A DNA stretch of 64,000 nt from contig JADHNJ010000008.1 of the NCBI GenBank assembly GCA_016779565.1, positions 3,303 through 67,302 on the forward strand. The letters are read 5' to 3'. The notes under the pieces were generated by a model, which had not been told where the DNA came from, made no database searches, and saw only the letters and a list, made by a program, of their open reading frames with translations. This document shows positions 50,614-62,254 of the stretch, one piece after another; positions within the stretch are counted from its first letter, which is position 1; the number at the start of each line of letters is the position of its first letter. The translations under genes were made by a program, and so were the position numbers. The stretch is from Pseudomonadales bacterium (GTDB lineage: Bacteria > Pseudomonadota > Gammaproteobacteria > Pseudomonadales > Azotimanducaceae).

Positions 50614-51104
50614 AGATCCGAAACAAATAAGGGCTGTTTGTGGTGCCAATGGCGCTATAGTCTCTAAGGTATGGCGTAAACGCTGCTGGCGATCTGGTTG
50701 GAAGCCGATGCTTGAGCATGGTTCACAAAAATGTCGGTGGAGAACCTAGTATCGAGCAGTTTGATGGCTCTCGGTTTATAGAGGTTGGTCGCTCTGGACC
50801 TTGCTAGGTTTCAAAAGCTTTAATCCGCTGATGGGGCAATGGACGCGCTTCTGATGAAAAAGAGTAAGGCGCCTACTAGCGTGAGTCTGATGCCCCTTCA
50901 AATCAGCTTAGTCAGCGCTTCAAGGCGCAATAAAGAAAATTCCTTGGCCTTTTGCTAGAGTCGAGCCTATTTTTGACAAACTCAACCTGCTGTGAAAATT
51001 AGCGTTTGGAAATAGACCGCGGATCTTAACATCAGATCTAAAGCATGAGCTGAACGCCCGCTGAGAGATCCAAAACGGGGTTTTTCCTGTCAATTAGCCT
51101 CATT

Positions 51105-51133
51105 TTGAACATAAAATGATTTTTTTATAGAAT
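51105..51133 (+). promoter_or_regulatory. Putative sigma-70 promoter upstream of lpxC (TTGAAC-N17-TAGAAT)
   Basis: Near-consensus hexamers with a 17-nt A/T-rich spacer, about 135 nt upstream of the lpxC ATG. Confidence 0.45.
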
Positions 51134-51268
51134 CTATGCAACTTTTCTCCATTTTTAGGGTCAATATTGGAGCAATGTCGTAGTTTTAAGGTACGCCTTT
51201 TGTTAAGATCTGCGCCGCTGTGAATCTAGACAAGAGGCAATTGCCTTAAAATCTTTTGGATGCCGAGC

Positions 51269-52201
51269 ATGGTTAAACAAAAAACGCTTAAAACGATTAT
51301 CCGAGCAACGGGTATTGGACTTCACACCGGCGAGAAGGTCTTCCTAACACTCCGGCCAGCACCTGTCGACACAGGTGTCGTTTTCGTTCGCACCGATCTT
51401 GACCCAGTGGTCGAAATAAAAGCCTTGAATACCTCTGTGGTGGATACTCAGTTGGCGACGACGTTGGGCGAAGGCAATGCAAAAATTTCAACCGTTGAGC
51501 ATGTGCTGGCGGCATTATCTGGTCTTGGTATCGATAACGTCTATGTAGAAGTTAGCGGTCCTGAGATGCCAATCATGGATGGCAGCGCTGCGACGTTCGT
51601 CTTTTTAGTGCAATCAGCTGGCATCGAGACACAACCCGCAGCCAAGAAGTTTATTCGTATTAAAAAGCCTATTCGCGTTGATGGTTCAGAATCAGCGAAT
51701 GATTACGGTCAATCCGTCGCACTATTGCCTTATCAGGGATTCAAAGTTAGTCACACGATCATCTATGACAATGCCGTCATAAAAAAGCAACATGCTTGTA
51801 TCGACTTTGCGAACACGGATTTTGTGAAGGCAGTCAGCCGTGCCAGAACCTTTGGTTTGATGCAGGAATTTGAGCAATTGAGAGAAATGAATCTTGCTCA
51901 AGGTGGAAGCCTAGATAATGCCATTGTTGTCGATGAGTTTAGGATTTTAAATGCCGATGGGCTGCGCCATGACGATGAGTTTGTGCGGCATAAAATTTTG
52001 GACGCCATAGGGGACTTATACCTCTTAGGTCACAGTATTTTGGGTGAGTTCGTCGGTTTCAAATCGGGTCACAGTGAGAATCACGCGCTACGAACAGCGC
52101 TGCTTGCTCAACCTGATGCATGGGATATTGTTACCTTCAATGATCAGCGCCAAGCCTCTGGTGCCTATGCTCAATTAGGGGGCTGGGATTACGCGTCTTA
52201 A
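51269..52201 (+). CDS. lpxC: UDP-3-O-acyl-GlcNAc deacetylase
   Basis: [24 protein letters not shown] matches the LpxC N-terminus. An alternative ATG at 51260 adds 3 aa. Confidence 0.96.
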   Translation: MVKQKTLKTIIRATGIGLHTGEKVFLTLRPAPVDTGVVFVRTDLDPVVEIKALNTSVVDTQLATTLGEGNAKISTVEHVLAALSGLGIDNVYVEVSGPEMPIMDGSAATFVFLVQSAGIETQPAAKKFIRIKKPIRVDGSESANDYGQSVALLPYQGFKVSHTIIYDNAVIKKQHACIDFANTDFVKAVSRARTFGLMQEFEQLREMNLAQGGSLDNAIVVDEFRILNADGLRHDDEFVRHKILDAIGDLYLLGHSILGEFVGFKSGHSENHALRTALLAQPDAWDIVTFNDQRQASGAYAQLGGWDYAS

Positions 52202-52223
52202 GTAGCTGGGTGTGACCAGAGGC

Positions 52224-52643
52224 TTAAACATCCCGTTCACTTAGCTTCGTAAAAATCCGCTGCAAATCTGGGTTGACGAGGACAGTGGCCTGGGATTTTA
52301 GATGGTGCCGGTTCTCCGAGGAAATAGCCTTGGGCTGGCGAGGCAGTTGTAACCTTGAGGGTACTTCAGGACGCACTTTGACTTTGAGTTCACTGACGTT
52401 CGTCACAAGACCGGCATGATGCAATTTGGATAGTAATGCAAATTGGCGATATTGGAGCTGCGTTGCCCGACCGGCATGATCTACTTGAAGTAGTAATTGC
52501 TTGCCCTTGACACCGATCACTTTGATGTCACGACGATTATCTTCATTAATCGCAACTTCAATGGCCTTAAGGGTCTCAGTGTGTTTAAGCGCTGATCCAG
52601 TAGGACCACCGAGCTCGGCGAGAATATCTTGGATTAACTTCAT
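52224..52643 (-). CDS. DUF721 / DciA-like protein
   Basis: 139 aa. The core KGKQLLLQVDHAGRATQLQYRQFALLSKL resembles the DUF721 pattern. It sits between lpxC and the M23 peptidase/secA, as I recall for pseudomonads. Confidence 0.5.
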   Translation of the reverse strand: MKLIQDILAELGGPTGSALKHTETLKAIEVAINEDNRRDIKVIGVKGKQLLLQVDHAGRATQLQYRQFALLSKLHHAGLVTNVSELKVKVRPEVPSRLQLPRQPKAISSENRHHLKSQATVLVNPDLQRIFTKLSERDV

Positions 52644-52711
52644 CTTGTTAAGGGATCAGCCCAATCCACAATCTGTTACTATTATGGCCGAGATTAACGC
52701 GATAAGCAGCG

Positions 52712-53668
52712 ATGAGACTAATTCTTTTTAGCGACAAAACAGGCAAACATTGGATGCTGCCGATGGGTGGGCGAGGGATCGCTGCACTTGTCTTCATAAT
52801 GGGTCTGGTGTTTGTCGGTGCTGGTTGGTTGCATCACCAGCTAACCGCTGATGCAAGAGAAGCCAATGTGTTGCTGCTTGACCTTGCAGAATCGCTTTCA
52901 GCTCAGCAGGCGTCTATTGACGAGCTGGATCAGGCGTTGTCACTTAATTTGCAGGCCAGTGCAGCTCGAATCGCTGGTTTAGAATCCCGGTTGTTGCGCT
53001 TAGATGCCTTGGGGCAGCGTCTGGTCGAGACCGCAAACCTCGGTGATTCAGAATTTCAGTTCTTTGAACCTATTGGCCAAGGTGGACCAGAAAACCTTCC
53101 CCAAAGTACTCAAAGACGGGATGTAAGTGTTCAAGATCCTGACGAGGCGGATTTGAAGTTACGGCTAGCTAGGCTCTCAGATCAGATAGAGTGGCGATCT
53201 GATCAGCTTGTAGTCGTCGAGCGAATTCTTTTGAGGCAGCAACGAGACGAAGAATCGTCCCTATATGGGAAACCGGTGACCAAAGGCTGGGTCTCCTCCA
53301 ACTATGGGATGCGGACGGATCCAATTACGGGTAAAAGAGCCTGGCATAACGGGGTAGATATCGCTGGCGCAGCAGGTGTCTCTGTGATTGCCATCGCCTC
53401 TGGTATTGTAACTTTTGCGGGTGAGAAGAGCGGCTACGGTAAATTGGTTGAGATCAATCATGGTGGTGGTGTGGTTACCCGTTACGGTCATCACCGAAAA
53501 CTTAACGTCAGTACCGGTGATCTCGTCAAGAAAGGTCAAAAAATCGGAGAAATGGGTAGCAGTGGTCGATCAACGGGCCCTCATGTGCACTATGAAATAT
53601 ATAAAAATAAACGCGCGATAGATCCCTCTATTTATATTTATCGGAGTCAGCGAACGCGTTCAGGCTAA
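52712..53668 (+). CDS. M23-family metallopeptidase with N-terminal TM helix and coiled coil
   Basis: Catalytic motifs HNGVDIA (HxxxD) and GPHVHYEI (HxH). An alternative start is ATG 52754. Confidence 0.88.
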   Translation: MRLILFSDKTGKHWMLPMGGRGIAALVFIMGLVFVGAGWLHHQLTADAREANVLLLDLAESLSAQQASIDELDQALSLNLQASAARIAGLESRLLRLDALGQRLVETANLGDSEFQFFEPIGQGGPENLPQSTQRRDVSVQDPDEADLKLRLARLSDQIEWRSDQLVVVERILLRQQRDEESSLYGKPVTKGWVSSNYGMRTDPITGKRAWHNGVDIAGAAGVSVIAIASGIVTFAGEKSGYGKLVEINHGGGVVTRYGHHRKLNVSTGDLVKKGQKIGEMGSSGRSTGPHVHYEIYKNKRAIDPSIYIYRSQRTRSG

Positions 53669-53726
53669 AACCGGTGATTGGTGGCGGTAACGTTCAAAAC
53701 AGAATTAAGACAACGGGTATAGATGC

Positions 53727-56450
53727 ATGGTAATGCAATTCTTAGGAAAGGTTTTCGGAACCAAGAATAGCCGCGAAATTAGACGCCTTAAGAAAGTCTG
53801 TGACCGGATCAATGATCTTGAGGCTGACTTCGAAGCACTCTCCGATGAGGCGTTACATCATTTAAAAACAGATTTTGCCAAGCGTTTGGACGAGGGAGCG
53901 TCTGTGACGTCTTTGCTTCCAGAGGCTTTTGCGGCGGTTCGGGAAGCCGGCAAGCGGGCGCTGAATATGCGGATTTTCGATGTTCAGATGATCGGTGCCC
54001 TCGCGCTACATGAAGGCAAAATTTCCGAGATGCGAACGGGTGAGGGCAAAACATTAGTGGCCACCCTTGCGCTATACCTAAACGCTTTGGAGGGCCGAGG
54101 GGTTCATTTGGTAACGGTTAACGACTACTTGGCAAAATGGGGTGCCGAATGGATGGGCCCGTTATTCGGGATGCTCGATATGACGGTAGGGGTCGTGTAT
54201 GCCGGCCAAAGCCTTGAAGATAAAAAGGCAGCCTACGAGGCGGACATCACTTACGGCACAAATAACGAGTTCGGGTTTGATTATCTTCGAGATAATATGG
54301 CCTTTAGCGCAGAGGACCGTGTTCAGCGTGGCCTGCATTATGCGATTGTGGATGAAGTCGACTCAATTCTAATCGACGAGGCCCGCACGCCGTTGATCAT
54401 TTCGGGCGGCGTTGAAAATAGCTCAGATTTGTATCGAACAATCAATCGCTTGGTGCCCCAATTGACGCCGCAAATCCGGACTCAAGAAGATATTGATGAA
54501 GAGCGGACGCCACCAGGAGACTTCTTCGTTGATGAGAAACAGCGTGATGTTGAGCTGACTGAAGAAGGGCATCAAAAAATTGAAATGCTTTTGGGTAAAA
54601 ATGGATTACTAGAGGCGGGCGAGAGTCTTTATGGTACGGCCAATTTGAGTCTGCTTCACCATGTGCATTCCGCACTGAAAGCCAGCGCCCTTTTTCAACG
54701 AGACGTCGATTACATTGTCCAAAATGATGAAATTGTTATTGTTGATGAACATACGGGCCGAACCATGCCCGGACGAAGATGGTCAGGAGGTATCCATCAA
54801 GCGATAGAAGCAAAAGAAGGTGTGACCATCACCAATGAGAGTCAGACGCTGGCGTCGACGACGTTTCAAAACTACTTCAGGTTATACCAAAAGCTCTCGG
54901 GAATGACTGGGACGGCAGATACCGAAGCCTTTGAATTCCGTCAGATTTACGGCTTAGATGTGGTCGTTATCCCGACTAATCTGCCGATGGTTCGACGAGA
55001 TCTGAATGATCTGATTTATATGAGCCAACAAGAGAAATACGAAGCGATCGTTGAAAATATTTTAGAAATACAAGACAAGGGCGCGCCAGTCTTGGTGGGC
55101 ACGGCCTCGATTGAATCCTCTGAGTTGCTTTCCGCTTTATTGAAGAAGCAAAACATCGCCCATGAAGTTCTGAATGCCAAATTTCACGAGCGGGAAGCAG
55201 AAATTATTGCCCAAGCGGGGCAGCCAGGCCGCGTGACCATCGCAACCAACATGGCCGGCCGTGGAACGGATATTATTCTAGGTGGCAATTGGGAAGCAGA
55301 GGCCGCTGCGTTGGAAGCGCCATCAACTGCACAGATCGAAGCCTTAAAAGCTGCTTGGCAAGACCGTCACGAGCAAGTGCTGGCGGCTGGTGGGTTGCAC
55401 GTAATTGGTACCGAGCGGCACGAGAGTCGACGCATCGATAACCAGCTTAGGGGCCGGGCTGGTCGTCAGGGGGATCCAGGGTACTCTCGATTTTATCTCT
55501 CTTTAGAAGATAATTTGATGCGGATATTTGCTTCGGACCGGATGCGGGGATTAATGCAAGGGGTCAGCGAGCCCGGGGTTCCCATTGAGGCTCGTATTGT
55601 GACCAATTCGATTGAGCGGGCGCAGAAAAAAGTCGAGGCCAGGAACTTCGATATTCGCAAGCAGCTGCTCGAATACGACGATGTTGCCAATGATCAACGG
55701 CAAATGATTTATCGCCAACGTAATGAGCTCATGGAAACCTCCGACGTGTCTGAGACCATCGACGCGTTATGGAGCGACGTGCTAAACGCCACAATCGACA
55801 TCTACCTTCCGCCACAAAGCTTGATCGAACAGTGGGATGTGCCTGGCCTTACCCAAGCATTATCTACGGAGTTTGGTCTAGAGCTGCCCTTGCAATCCTT
55901 GCTCGATACAGACGAGTCGCTGATGGAAGAGGGTCTGCGTGATTTGATTGTTGAAAAAGCGCGGGAAAATTACGGCGAAAAAGAACGGCTCTTAGGTCAG
56001 GAGCTAAGGCTGTTTGAAAAGCGAATCATGCTCGATATTTTAGACAATCTTTGGAAGGAGCACTTGGCTTCAATGGATTATCTAAGACAAGGCATTCACT
56101 TGCGCGCCTACGCCCAGAAGCAGCCCAAACAAGAGTACAAACGAGAGGCCTTCGAACTCTTTGAAGCGTTGTTGCAGGATGTAAAGGTCGAAGTGATCCG
56201 TTTTCTATCTAGGGTTCAGTTTAAAGCAGATGAGAATGCCCAAGCTCTGGAGGATCGCCGAAGAGCCGAAGCTGCGCGCAATAAAATGGTTTTTGAGAAA
56301 TCTGACCTACCAAGCTCCGATGAAGCCAATCAGACGCCGGAGGCGCCAGCTGCGCCATTTGTTCGCCCTGAGAAAAAAGTAGGCCGTAATGAGCCTTGTC
56401 CGTGTGGTTCAGGGAAGAAATTCAAATCCTGCCATGGTCGGCTAGCCTAA
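53727..56450 (+). CDS. secA: Preprotein translocase ATPase SecA
   Basis: 907 aa. Walker [13 protein letters not shown]-like DEVDS and C-terminal zinc motif [14 protein letters not shown]. Confidence 0.98.
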   Translation: MVMQFLGKVFGTKNSREIRRLKKVCDRINDLEADFEALSDEALHHLKTDFAKRLDEGASVTSLLPEAFAAVREAGKRALNMRIFDVQMIGALALHEGKISEMRTGEGKTLVATLALYLNALEGRGVHLVTVNDYLAKWGAEWMGPLFGMLDMTVGVVYAGQSLEDKKAAYEADITYGTNNEFGFDYLRDNMAFSAEDRVQRGLHYAIVDEVDSILIDEARTPLIISGGVENSSDLYRTINRLVPQLTPQIRTQEDIDEERTPPGDFFVDEKQRDVELTEEGHQKIEMLLGKNGLLEAGESLYGTANLSLLHHVHSALKASALFQRDVDYIVQNDEIVIVDEHTGRTMPGRRWSGGIHQAIEAKEGVTITNESQTLASTTFQNYFRLYQKLSGMTGTADTEAFEFRQIYGLDVVVIPTNLPMVRRDLNDLIYMSQQEKYEAIVENILEIQDKGAPVLVGTASIESSELLSALLKKQNIAHEVLNAKFHEREAEIIAQAGQPGRVTIATNMAGRGTDIILGGNWEAEAAALEAPSTAQIEALKAAWQDRHEQVLAAGGLHVIGTERHESRRIDNQLRGRAGRQGDPGYSRFYLSLEDNLMRIFASDRMRGLMQGVSEPGVPIEARIVTNSIERAQKKVEARNFDIRKQLLEYDDVANDQRQMIYRQRNELMETSDVSETIDALWSDVLNATIDIYLPPQSLIEQWDVPGLTQALSTEFGLELPLQSLLDTDESLMEEGLRDLIVEKARENYGEKERLLGQELRLFEKRIMLDILDNLWKEHLASMDYLRQGIHLRAYAQKQPKQEYKREAFELFEALLQDVKVEVIRFLSRVQFKADENAQALEDRRRAEAARNKMVFEKSDLPSSDEANQTPEAPAAPFVRPEKKVGRNEPCPCGSGKKFKSCHGRLA

Positions 56451-57661
56451 TGGCGGTAGGCAGTTTTGCAACTGAATGGTTGCCAATTTCGGGTATAGAA
56501 ATCAATACAATGGCAGCGGGGATTCGATACCAAGATCGGGACGACTTGGTGTTGTTCAGATGTGCAGAGGGTACAACCGTTGCCGGTTTATGGACCCAAA
56601 GTTATTTTCCTGCAGCGCCTGTTGTTTTGGCTAAACGCCACATGAAGGGTGTGGGCGCCCCCCGGTTTTTGTTAATCAACAGCGGTAACGCGAATGCAGC
56701 GACGGGTGATCTGGGTCTTGACGATGCCCTTGCTTGTTGTCAGATGGTCGCGTCAGCCCAAGGCGTTTCACCCGAGCAAGTGCTGCCGTTTTCTACAGGC
56801 GTGATAGGTGAGCGCTTGCCATTGGAGGCTTTCCGTAGCGCGAATCCAATCTTAGTAGAGGGCCTTGGCGCTAAATCCTGGCTTGACGCTGCGTACGCGA
56901 TTATGACAACGGACACGAGGCCAAAAATCGCTTGTAGACAATTACAAATTGATGGCAAGACGATGTCCCTCACTGGGATCGCCAAAGGTGCTGGCATGAT
57001 TCAACCCAATATGGCGACAATGCTCAGCTTCATAGGTTGTGACGCCAGCGTCAGCCACGCAACACTGCAGTCAATGTTGGTAGAAGCGAATCGACAAACT
57101 TTTAATCGAATTACCGTTGACAGCGATACGTCTACCAACGATGCGGTCGTTTTAATGGCAAGTGGCACATCCGGGATTGATTTAGAGTCGGATGCCGCCG
57201 CCCAGTTGGAATTCCAAGATGTGCTCACGGATTTAATGCTCGAGCTCGCGCAGGGCCTAGTCCGAGATGGTGAAGGCGCAACCAAATTTGTTACCGTGCA
57301 GGTCAACAGTGCTACCTCTAATGAACAAGCGCTGGAAATCGCTTTTTCTATCGCGAATTCACCGCTGGTGAAAACAGCGCTATTTGCTAGCGATGCCAAT
57401 TGGGGCCGCTTAGCGATGGCGATCGGTAAGGTGCCCACGGCCTTCGACCCAAACTTAGTAGACCTTTACTTAGGGGAGGTCTGTCTGATGAAGCGCGGCA
57501 TCAAAAATCCAGACTATCAGGAAGCCGACGGCGCCAAAGTAATGGCAGCAGAAGAGATACTCCTGCGAGTTGACTTAAACGCTGGAACGCATGCCGAAAC
57601 TGTCTGGACCAGCGATTTGTCCCACGATTACATTAAGATTAACGCCGAGTATAGAACCTAG
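56450..57661 (+). CDS. argJ: Bifunctional ornithine acetyltransferase / N-acetylglutamate synthase
   Basis: Autoproteolysis site PNMATMLSF. ATG 56450 overlaps the secA stop (TAATG). Confidence 0.94.
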   Translation: MAVGSFATEWLPISGIEINTMAAGIRYQDRDDLVLFRCAEGTTVAGLWTQSYFPAAPVVLAKRHMKGVGAPRFLLINSGNANAATGDLGLDDALACCQMVASAQGVSPEQVLPFSTGVIGERLPLEAFRSANPILVEGLGAKSWLDAAYAIMTTDTRPKIACRQLQIDGKTMSLTGIAKGAGMIQPNMATMLSFIGCDASVSHATLQSMLVEANRQTFNRITVDSDTSTNDAVVLMASGTSGIDLESDAAAQLEFQDVLTDLMLELAQGLVRDGEGATKFVTVQVNSATSNEQALEIAFSIANSPLVKTALFASDANWGRLAMAIGKVPTAFDPNLVDLYLGEVCLMKRGIKNPDYQEADGAKVMAAEEILLRVDLNAGTHAETVWTSDLSHDYIKINAEYRT

Positions 57662-57865
57662 TCAGTTGTCCTGATCGAGATCAGAAGCCGTGACGTCATC
57701 ATGCTCGGAATCGGAAGGTATGCTGCGATTGCCGCTTGCCCACTCACCAAGATCGATGAGTTGGCAGCGTTCTGAACAAAAAGGCTTGTAAATGCTCGCT
57801 GTTATCCAGGCAACAGCTTTCCGGCAGGTAGGGCACTGTACAATCGCGTCAGCCATGGTTTGCAA
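57662..57865 (-). CDS. yacG: DNA gyrase inhibitor YacG (zinc ribbon)
   Basis: CPTC..(x)..CSERC zinc ribbon and DLGEWA motif. The start is ATG 57865 or 57856. Confidence 0.9.
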   Translation of the reverse strand: MQTMADAIVQCPTCRKAVAWITASIYKPFCSERCQLIDLGEWASGNRSIPSDSEHDDVTASDLDQDN

Positions 57866-58448
57866 AGGTCAAATATTGTTGGTGAAGCGCCTCGACCTTT
57901 AGATCAAGGTCGGTTTCAAGTCCTTCATTGTTGATCACGTCATCAGCTATTTCAAGGCGTGCTTTTCGGGATGGCTGGGCAGCAATAATTGCGTCTATGG
58001 TTTCAGGCTTGCTACCATCCCGAGCGGCGACACGTTGCTTTTGTAGCTCGATTGGTGCGTCAACCACAAGCATGCGATGGATTAATGGGCTCCGCCCACT
58101 GCCGGCGGAGAGTACAAGAAGTGCATACGGGCTGGTAGCGGCCGATAGCGTATCTCTTAACGCCGCCATGATTGGCCCATGGGTAAGAGACTCTAACCAT
58201 CGGCGTTCAGCGGGAACAGCAAAGATGTGGGCTCGCAGTTTTGCCCGATTTAATTCGCCATCTTTGTTGAGTATATCCTGGCCAAAATGGGCTTCTATTT
58301 GCGCGAGAGTATCGGAACCTTTGGCAACAATTTGCCTGGCTGCTGAATCTGCATCGGCGACCGTAATACCCAGTGCGCCAAATCGATTCGACACGGCTGT
58401 TTTACCTGAGCCAATGCCGCCGGTTAAGCCAACCACATAATCTGTCAC
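57849..58448 (-). CDS. coaE: Dephospho-CoA kinase
   Basis: GTG start. P-loop [11 protein letters not shown]. Follows pilD as in pseudomonads. Confidence 0.94.
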   Translation of the reverse strand: MTDYVVGLTGGIGSGKTAVSNRFGALGITVADADSAARQIVAKGSDTLAQIEAHFGQDILNKDGELNRAKLRAHIFAVPAERRWLESLTHGPIMAALRDTLSAATSPYALLVLSAGSGRSPLIHRMLVVDAPIELQKQRVAARDGSKPETIDAIIAAQPSRKARLEIADDVINNEGLETDLDLKVEALHQQYLTFANHG

Positions 58449-59323
58449 AACACACCCAGTAGTTTGAAATAGGATTCGTTGATCTCGTTACCCCAGATCA
58501 GCGCGATCCAGCCGGCAAGTACAAGATAGGGGCCGAATGGGATCGCGTGATTTCGATCTCTACCGAATGCTATGAGGCATAGGCCAATGATGGTTCCAGC
58601 CAACGACGATAATAAGATGATTGAGGGGAGCGCTTGCCAACCTAGCCAAGCCCCCAGCATCGCCAAAAGTTTGAAATCACCAAAGCCCATGCCCTCTTTG
58701 CCCGTGATCAGACGAAAGAGCCAATACACGCTCCAAAGCGACAAATAGCCTGCGATAGCGCCGATGACAGCCGCTTCGATGCTGGTAAAGGTGCCGCTTA
58801 GGTTTGCGATCAGTCCGATCCACACGAAGGGTAAAGTGATCTGATCAGGTAAAAGCGTAGTCTGATAGTCGATTATTGCCAGTGAGATGAGCGCATAGGT
58901 AAAAAGACAGGCCAGGCCACCTGTCCCGTTGAGTCCGAAATGATGAATTAGAAAAACTGTCGCCAAGCCGGCCGTAAGCTCGACCAGAGGGTATTGCACT
59001 GAGATGTTGGTCTTGCAGGTTCGACACCGTCCTTTAAGCAATAAATAGCTAATGATCGGAATATTGTCAGCTGCGCTAATCGGGGCTTTACAATTTGGGC
59101 ACCTTGATCTTGGGGTTACTAAAGATAGGGTGGCGTCCCCCGAAGATGCTGGCTCTAAGGCTAGGAATTCTGAGGCCTCTTGTCGCCAAGCATGTTCTAA
59201 CATGACCGGTAGGCGCCCGACCACCACGTTTAGAAAACTGCCAATGAGTAAACCAAAAACAAGACTAATGGACGCGCCCCAGAGTGGGTAGAGCTCATAG
59301 ATCAGTTGTACAGATTCGAGCAT
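58445..59323 (-). CDS. pilD: Type IV prepilin peptidase / N-methyltransferase
   Basis: 292 aa. Cytoplasmic Cys motifs CPNC..CRTC, catalytic-Asp context GFGDFKL, polytopic. Confidence 0.94.
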   Translation of the reverse strand: MLESVQLIYELYPLWGASISLVFGLLIGSFLNVVVGRLPVMLEHAWRQEASEFLALEPASSGDATLSLVTPRSRCPNCKAPISAADNIPIISYLLLKGRCRTCKTNISVQYPLVELTAGLATVFLIHHFGLNGTGGLACLFTYALISLAIIDYQTTLLPDQITLPFVWIGLIANLSGTFTSIEAAVIGAIAGYLSLWSVYWLFRLITGKEGMGFGDFKLLAMLGAWLGWQALPSIILLSSLAGTIIGLCLIAFGRDRNHAIPFGPYLVLAGWIALIWGNEINESYFKLLGVL

Positions 59324-60534
59324 TAGCTCATTGCGCCGCCCATCTGGAAGATAGGCAAATACATAGCGATCATCATGCCGCCGACCACAATCCCGAGAAA
59401 GGCCATGATAAAAGGCTCGATCATACTGGTAAGGCCATCAACGGCATTGTCGACCATCTCTTCATAGTAGGTTGCTGATTTATCTAGCATCGCATCAAGG
59501 GCGCCAGATTCTTCACCAATAGCAACCATCTGTATTACCATGCTAGGGAAGACATCGGCAGCGCGCATGGCGTGGTTAAGTTGGGTGCCACCGGAGACTT
59601 CATTTTTGATTTTGAGGATCGCTTCTTTGTATACGACATTACCTGAAGCGCCAGCAGCAGAATCAAGGGCGTCGACCAGAGGCACGCCAGCAGCAAAGGT
59701 TGTCGATAGGGTTCGGGCAAATCGGGCAACGCAGGATTTGTCGATGATGTTGCCAACAACGGGTAGTTTTAAGGTTAAGCGCTCCTGGCCATCCCTAAAT
59801 GCTTGGGACGTTTTATGGATCTGTTTATAGGCAAAATACACAATACCGATGCCAATGAGGATGGCCAGCCACCAAGCCTGCATAAACTCTGACGCATGGA
59901 CGACCATCTGAGTAAACTGGGGTAACTCGCCACCGAAGCTGCTAAAGACCATTTCAAATTGCGGGATCACCTTGACGAGCAGAATTACAGTCACAATACC
60001 TGCGATCACGAGTACTGAAATTGGGTAATTCATTGCGCTTTTGATTTTAGCTTTTAGCGCCTCAGATTTTTCTTTGTAGGTTGCAAGTCTGTCTAGCATG
60101 GTTTCTAGAGCACCTGACTGCTCTCCAGCCTCAATGAGATTACAAAATAAATCATCGAAATATTCGCTGGATTGAGCGCTTACCGCAGCAGCGAAATTAT
60201 TGCCCCCTGAAACCTCTGTGCTGATCTTTTTGATCAAATCCCTCATGGCAGGGTTCTCGACGCCGCCGGCAACAATATCGAAGGACTGTACCAACGGCAC
60301 ACCAGCTTTCATCATGGTGGCCAACTGGCGAGTAAACAGGGCTATATCGGCCGGCGTGATTTTGTTGCCGAAGGAGAAGAGCGGCTTCGATTTCTTCTTG
60401 ATGGTCTTGACGTTGATGCCTTGCTTTCTAAGAATCAACTTTGCCGAGGTTAAGTTGTTGCCTTTAGTTTCCCCAGTAATTTTCTTCCCGGTTCGATCGG
60501 TGCCTTTCCATTCAAAAATCAAATCATCAGCCAT
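59323..60534 (-). CDS. pilC: Type IV pilus platform protein PilC (GspF family)
   Basis: 403 aa with two GspF repeats. The stop overlaps the pilD start (TAATG). Confidence 0.94.
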   Translation of the reverse strand: MADDLIFEWKGTDRTGKKITGETKGNNLTSAKLILRKQGINVKTIKKKSKPLFSFGNKITPADIALFTRQLATMMKAGVPLVQSFDIVAGGVENPAMRDLIKKISTEVSGGNNFAAAVSAQSSEYFDDLFCNLIEAGEQSGALETMLDRLATYKEKSEALKAKIKSAMNYPISVLVIAGIVTVILLVKVIPQFEMVFSSFGGELPQFTQMVVHASEFMQAWWLAILIGIGIVYFAYKQIHKTSQAFRDGQERLTLKLPVVGNIIDKSCVARFARTLSTTFAAGVPLVDALDSAAGASGNVVYKEAILKIKNEVSGGTQLNHAMRAADVFPSMVIQMVAIGEESGALDAMLDKSATYYEEMVDNAVDGLTSMIEPFIMAFLGIVVGGMMIAMYLPIFQMGGAMS

Positions 60535-60544
60535 GGAGCGCCTC

Positions 60545-62254
60545 TTAATGTCCGCTAGTGACGCGGTCGACTTCGGCCAAACTTGTCAAACCTTGCTTCA
60601 CTTTTATCAGTGCTGACTGATAGATGTTTCGAAAGCCTTGTTCCTGACAAACCTGTGATATTTGCAATGAGTTACCATCTTCCATGATGATTTTTGAGAT
60701 TTCCGGAGTGATTTTAACAACTTCATAAACTCCTACCCGGCCTTTATATCCGCCGTTGCATTTATCGCAGCCTTTGGGTCCGTAAATTTCGAGTCCCGCA
60801 TCGATTTCTTCTTGAGAAAACCCCTTTTCGAGTAACGCATTCGCTGGGATATCGAGTTTCTCTTTGCAACTGCAGAGGCGCCTAGCCAATCTCTGGGCGA
60901 TGATTAGATTAATGGAGGTCGCAAGGTTAAATGCCGGCACCCCCATATTTCGGAGTCTAGTGATAGTCTCTGGGGCCGAGTTGGTATGCAAAGTGGACAT
61001 CACCATATGGCCGGTTTGAGCGGCCTTGATTGAGATTTCTGCGGTTTCAAGGTCCCGGATCTCACCAACCATGACGATGTCGGGATCCTGACGAAGAAAT
61101 GATCTCAGTGCCTCAGAAAAATCGAGTCCTACTTTGGCATTGACCGGACATTGATTGATGCCCTCGAGATTGATCTCAACCGGATCTTCGGCGGTCGAAA
61201 TGTTGAGCTCGGGCGTGTTTAAAATATTCAAGCCAGTATATAACGATACGGTTTTGCCCGAGCCCGTAGGGCCTGTCACTAAGAACATTCCTTGAGGCTT
61301 GTGCAGCGCTTCAAGATACAAGGCTTTTTGATCATCGTCATAGCCGAGGGCATCGATGCCCATTTGCGCAGAGCTGGCATCCAAGATCCGCATGACGATC
61401 TTTTCGCCAAACAAGACGGGTAGCGTATTCACGCGAAAATCGATCGATTTCGTTTTGGAAACTTTGAGTTTAATACGTCCATCTTGAGGCACTCGCCGCT
61501 CAGAAATATCCATTTGGCTCATGACTTTGATCCGAGCCGCGATACGCGGTGCTAATGCAATTGGCGGGTTTGCGACTTCGTGAAGAATGCCGTCGGTGCG
61601 AAACCGTACTTTATAGGTTTTTTCAAAGGGTTCGAAATGCAAATCGGAGGAACCAAGCTTAATTGCTTGCAAGAGCATTTGGTTGATAAATCGCACCACC
61701 GGTGTGTCATCGGTGGGTGATCGATCCTCTTCTTCGTCAGCTTGGTCCGGATCAATGGTTTCAAGGTCTAGGTCGACATCATCGCCGTAATCAGTGAATG
61801 CCTCTTCCTCAACTGCCCCCAGACGTTGGTCAATAAAAGCCGATAGTTGGTCTTCTCGAACCAAAATTTCTTCTGTTGCAATCCCGGTCTGAAACTGAAT
61901 ATCTGCCAGTGCTTGGCGGTTAGTTGGGTCGGAGATGGCTACAAATAGGCGGTTGCCTCGCTGGAAAATCGGGAAGGCATGGTGTTCTCTGATTAGTTTG
62001 TCGCTGACTAAGCCCTCTGGCAACGTATCTGGGTTGATGCTTAAAAGATCAAACAAAGGTGTGCCGAACTCATCAGCAGCAGATTTTGCAATTGCCTCGG
62101 GTGAAACCTTTGCTTCTCGTACGAGATGCGAAATGATGGGCATTTTTTTCGCAGCAGCGGCTGTCTCATGTTTTTCGGCAGTATCCTGATCTATTAGCCC
62201 ATCTTGTATGAGTCGTCGGGTCAGGCCGCTTAAGGCTTTTGGTTTTGCAGACAT
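60545..62254 (-). CDS. pilB: Type IV pilus assembly ATPase PilB
   Basis: 569 aa. Walker A GPTGSGKT, Asp/His boxes and tetracysteine CSC..CDKC. Confidence 0.96.
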   Translation of the reverse strand: MSAKPKALSGLTRRLIQDGLIDQDTAEKHETAAAAKKMPIISHLVREAKVSPEAIAKSAADEFGTPLFDLLSINPDTLPEGLVSDKLIREHHAFPIFQRGNRLFVAISDPTNRQALADIQFQTGIATEEILVREDQLSAFIDQRLGAVEEEAFTDYGDDVDLDLETIDPDQADEEEDRSPTDDTPVVRFINQMLLQAIKLGSSDLHFEPFEKTYKVRFRTDGILHEVANPPIALAPRIAARIKVMSQMDISERRVPQDGRIKLKVSKTKSIDFRVNTLPVLFGEKIVMRILDASSAQMGIDALGYDDDQKALYLEALHKPQGMFLVTGPTGSGKTVSLYTGLNILNTPELNISTAEDPVEINLEGINQCPVNAKVGLDFSEALRSFLRQDPDIVMVGEIRDLETAEISIKAAQTGHMVMSTLHTNSAPETITRLRNMGVPAFNLATSINLIIAQRLARRLCSCKEKLDIPANALLEKGFSQEEIDAGLEIYGPKGCDKCNGGYKGRVGVYEVVKITPEISKIIMEDGNSLQISQVCQEQGFRNIYQSALIKVKQGLTSLAEVDRVTSGH

